A stretch of DNA of 63,595 bases, filler included, from Guillardia theta CCMP2712 (Eukaryota; Protista; Cryptophyta): assembly GCF_000315625.1 (NCBI RefSeq). It is 5 parts of 5 records of this genome, joined end to end, with 100 filler letters (N's around TTAATTAATTAA, not from the genome) between each part and the next. Parts side by side here need not be neighbours in the genome. Positions count along the whole stretch, not along the records: positions 62,285 to 63,595 come from NW_005434665.1; 4 more parts are not named here. One strand, written 5' to 3'. Position 1 is the first letter of the stretch. Each line of letters starts with the position of its first letter. The position numbers and the translations under genes are program-made. The notes beneath the pieces were generated by a model that made no database searches, was not told the origin of the DNA, and saw nothing but the letters and a program-made list of their open reading frames with translations. Positions 62,185 to 63,595 of the stretch are shown here, in pieces.

Positions 62185-62284
62185 NNNNNNNNNNNNNNNN
62201 NNNNNNNNNNNNNNNNNNNNNNNNNNNNTTAATTAATTAANNNNNNNNNNNNNNNNNNNNNNNNNNNNNNNNNNNNNNNNNNNN
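62185..62284. other. Artificial scaffold-joining spacer
   Basis: N-TTAATTAATTAA-N. Confidence 0.95.
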
Positions 62285-62299
62285 GAGGAGGAGAAGAAG

Positions 62300-62437
62300 A
62301 TGCCTTTGTTTGATCTTGGACAATCTGATTGCCGTCTGGGCGACATGAGAGTGAAGAATTTCACTTCCCGACCCATCGCGACGAACAACAAAGAGGCGAC
62401 AAGGCTCGAGACGATCCGCTGAAAATATACATCAACC

Positions 62438-62472
<35 letters not shown>

Positions 62473-63234
62473 AGTCTTCCTCCTCCTCCTCCTCCTCCTC
62501 CTCCTCCTCCTCCTCCCCTCTCCCAGCTCCTGCTCCAGCTCCTGCTGTTCAACTCCTCCTTGTTCATCTCCTAACCTTGATTTCCCTCCTCTTCTGTTCC
62601 TCTCACCTGGCTCTGCTTCCAGCTTGGGGCTCGGAGGACGGATATCCTCCTCGTTGCCGTTGCCCGACGTGTCCAGCGCCATCTTGTTCCTCGCCTCGTC
62701 TGCTGCTGCGATCGCGTCTGCTCGCCTAGTCACCTCCTGCTCCCTCCCTGCTCCCTCCGCTCTCCCGTCCTCTTCCCTTCTTCTCCTTCCCTCTCTTTGC
62801 TTCCCTTTGGCTTCTCTTTGCTCTCACTTCATTGCTCCTGACCTCAACTGTCTCCCTCCTCCCACCTTCTCCTCCTCTCCTCCCACCTTCTCCTCCTCTC
62901 CTCCCACCTCCTCCTCTTCTCCCACCTCCTCCTCCTCTCCTCAGCGCCTCCTGCCCTCTGCTTCTCGTCCTCCCTGTTCTCCCTCTGCCCCCGCCTTCTC
63001 ACCAGCATTCTTCTGCTTCAGCAGGTTCACAGCTTTGATGTTGAACTTAAGCTCTCCCTGCACCGAGTCTTGAGCGAAGAAGAGGCGAGGAGGGAGGAAG
63101 AGCGAGGAGGAGCAGAGCACGGAGAAGCAGGTTGAAGAATAGAAGGGGGGGAGGAGCACAAAGAGGAGGAGAAGCAGGATGAAGAAGAAAGATCAGGAGG
63201 AACACAAGCAAAGGAAGGGGTAGGACGATGGAAG

Positions 63235-63294
<60 letters not shown>

Positions 63295-63470
63295 TGGAGG
63301 ACCTTGCTGTTCAAGGTGTAGGAGTTCCCTGCATGATCTTCTGTGGAGAAAAAACCTGTGATGATGCTGCAGCAGCCGTCAGAGTTTCTTCTTCCTCCTT
63401 CCCGCCAAGTGCCTGAAAGTGTAGCAGCCCCTCTGCCCCTCCGGTCCTTCACTTTGTGTCAGCGCAGCAG
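62300..63470 (-). CDS. Internal exons of a gene, possibly SPAG17/PF6-like flagellar central-pair protein
   Basis: Exons FFSTEDHAGNSYTLNSK|GELKFNI and ...LEPCRLFVVRRDGSGSEILH resemble my recollection of the SPAG17 RxFVxxxDGSGxEL motif. Confidence 0.4.
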
Positions 63471-63595
63471 GGAAGAGAACGAGGCAGGTGGAAGGAGAGG
63501 AGAAGAGAGCACAAGGAGGACAAAACACAAGGATGGAAACACAAAGAGGTAGGAGGAGCCGAAAGGGAGAGAAGGAGGTAGAAGGAGGAGGAGCA

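Overview
Eukaryotic, intron-rich, microsatellite-rich algal/protist nuclear DNA. It has short GT/GC-AG introns, bipartite signal+transit peptides and TTTAGGG telomeres; a cryptophyte such as Guillardia is inferred. The window is not contiguous: four artificial N-TTAATTAATTAA-N spacers join five scaffolds (1-31813, 31914-48412, 48513-56957, 57058-62184, 62285-63595). Scaffolds 1-2 carry host genes: a membrane class III nucleotide cyclase, protoporphyrinogen oxidase, a large CUB/Cys-repeat/YfaP-like mosaic protein, a cryptic two-UGA membrane selenoprotein, a CXC/tesmin protein, glutaredoxin-DUF547, a three-finger (LU/quiver)-like surface protein, EF-hand, PDZ, SEL1, RWD and COMMD2 proteins, and a 4-domain voltage-gated cation channel. 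Recurrent GC-palindrome-rich islands lie between them. Scaffold 3 is a chromosome end. It holds a virus-like prim-pol fragment, an EGF/GCC gene cut by telomere repeats, and a 2.7 kb single-ORF, RT-less element embedded in the TTTAGGG array. That element is the most notable item. Scaffold 4 is a palindrome-rich 332-bp satellite interrupted cleanly by a 3.2 kb decayed element with short TIRs and a terminal hairpin. All splice models and family calls were made by eye.
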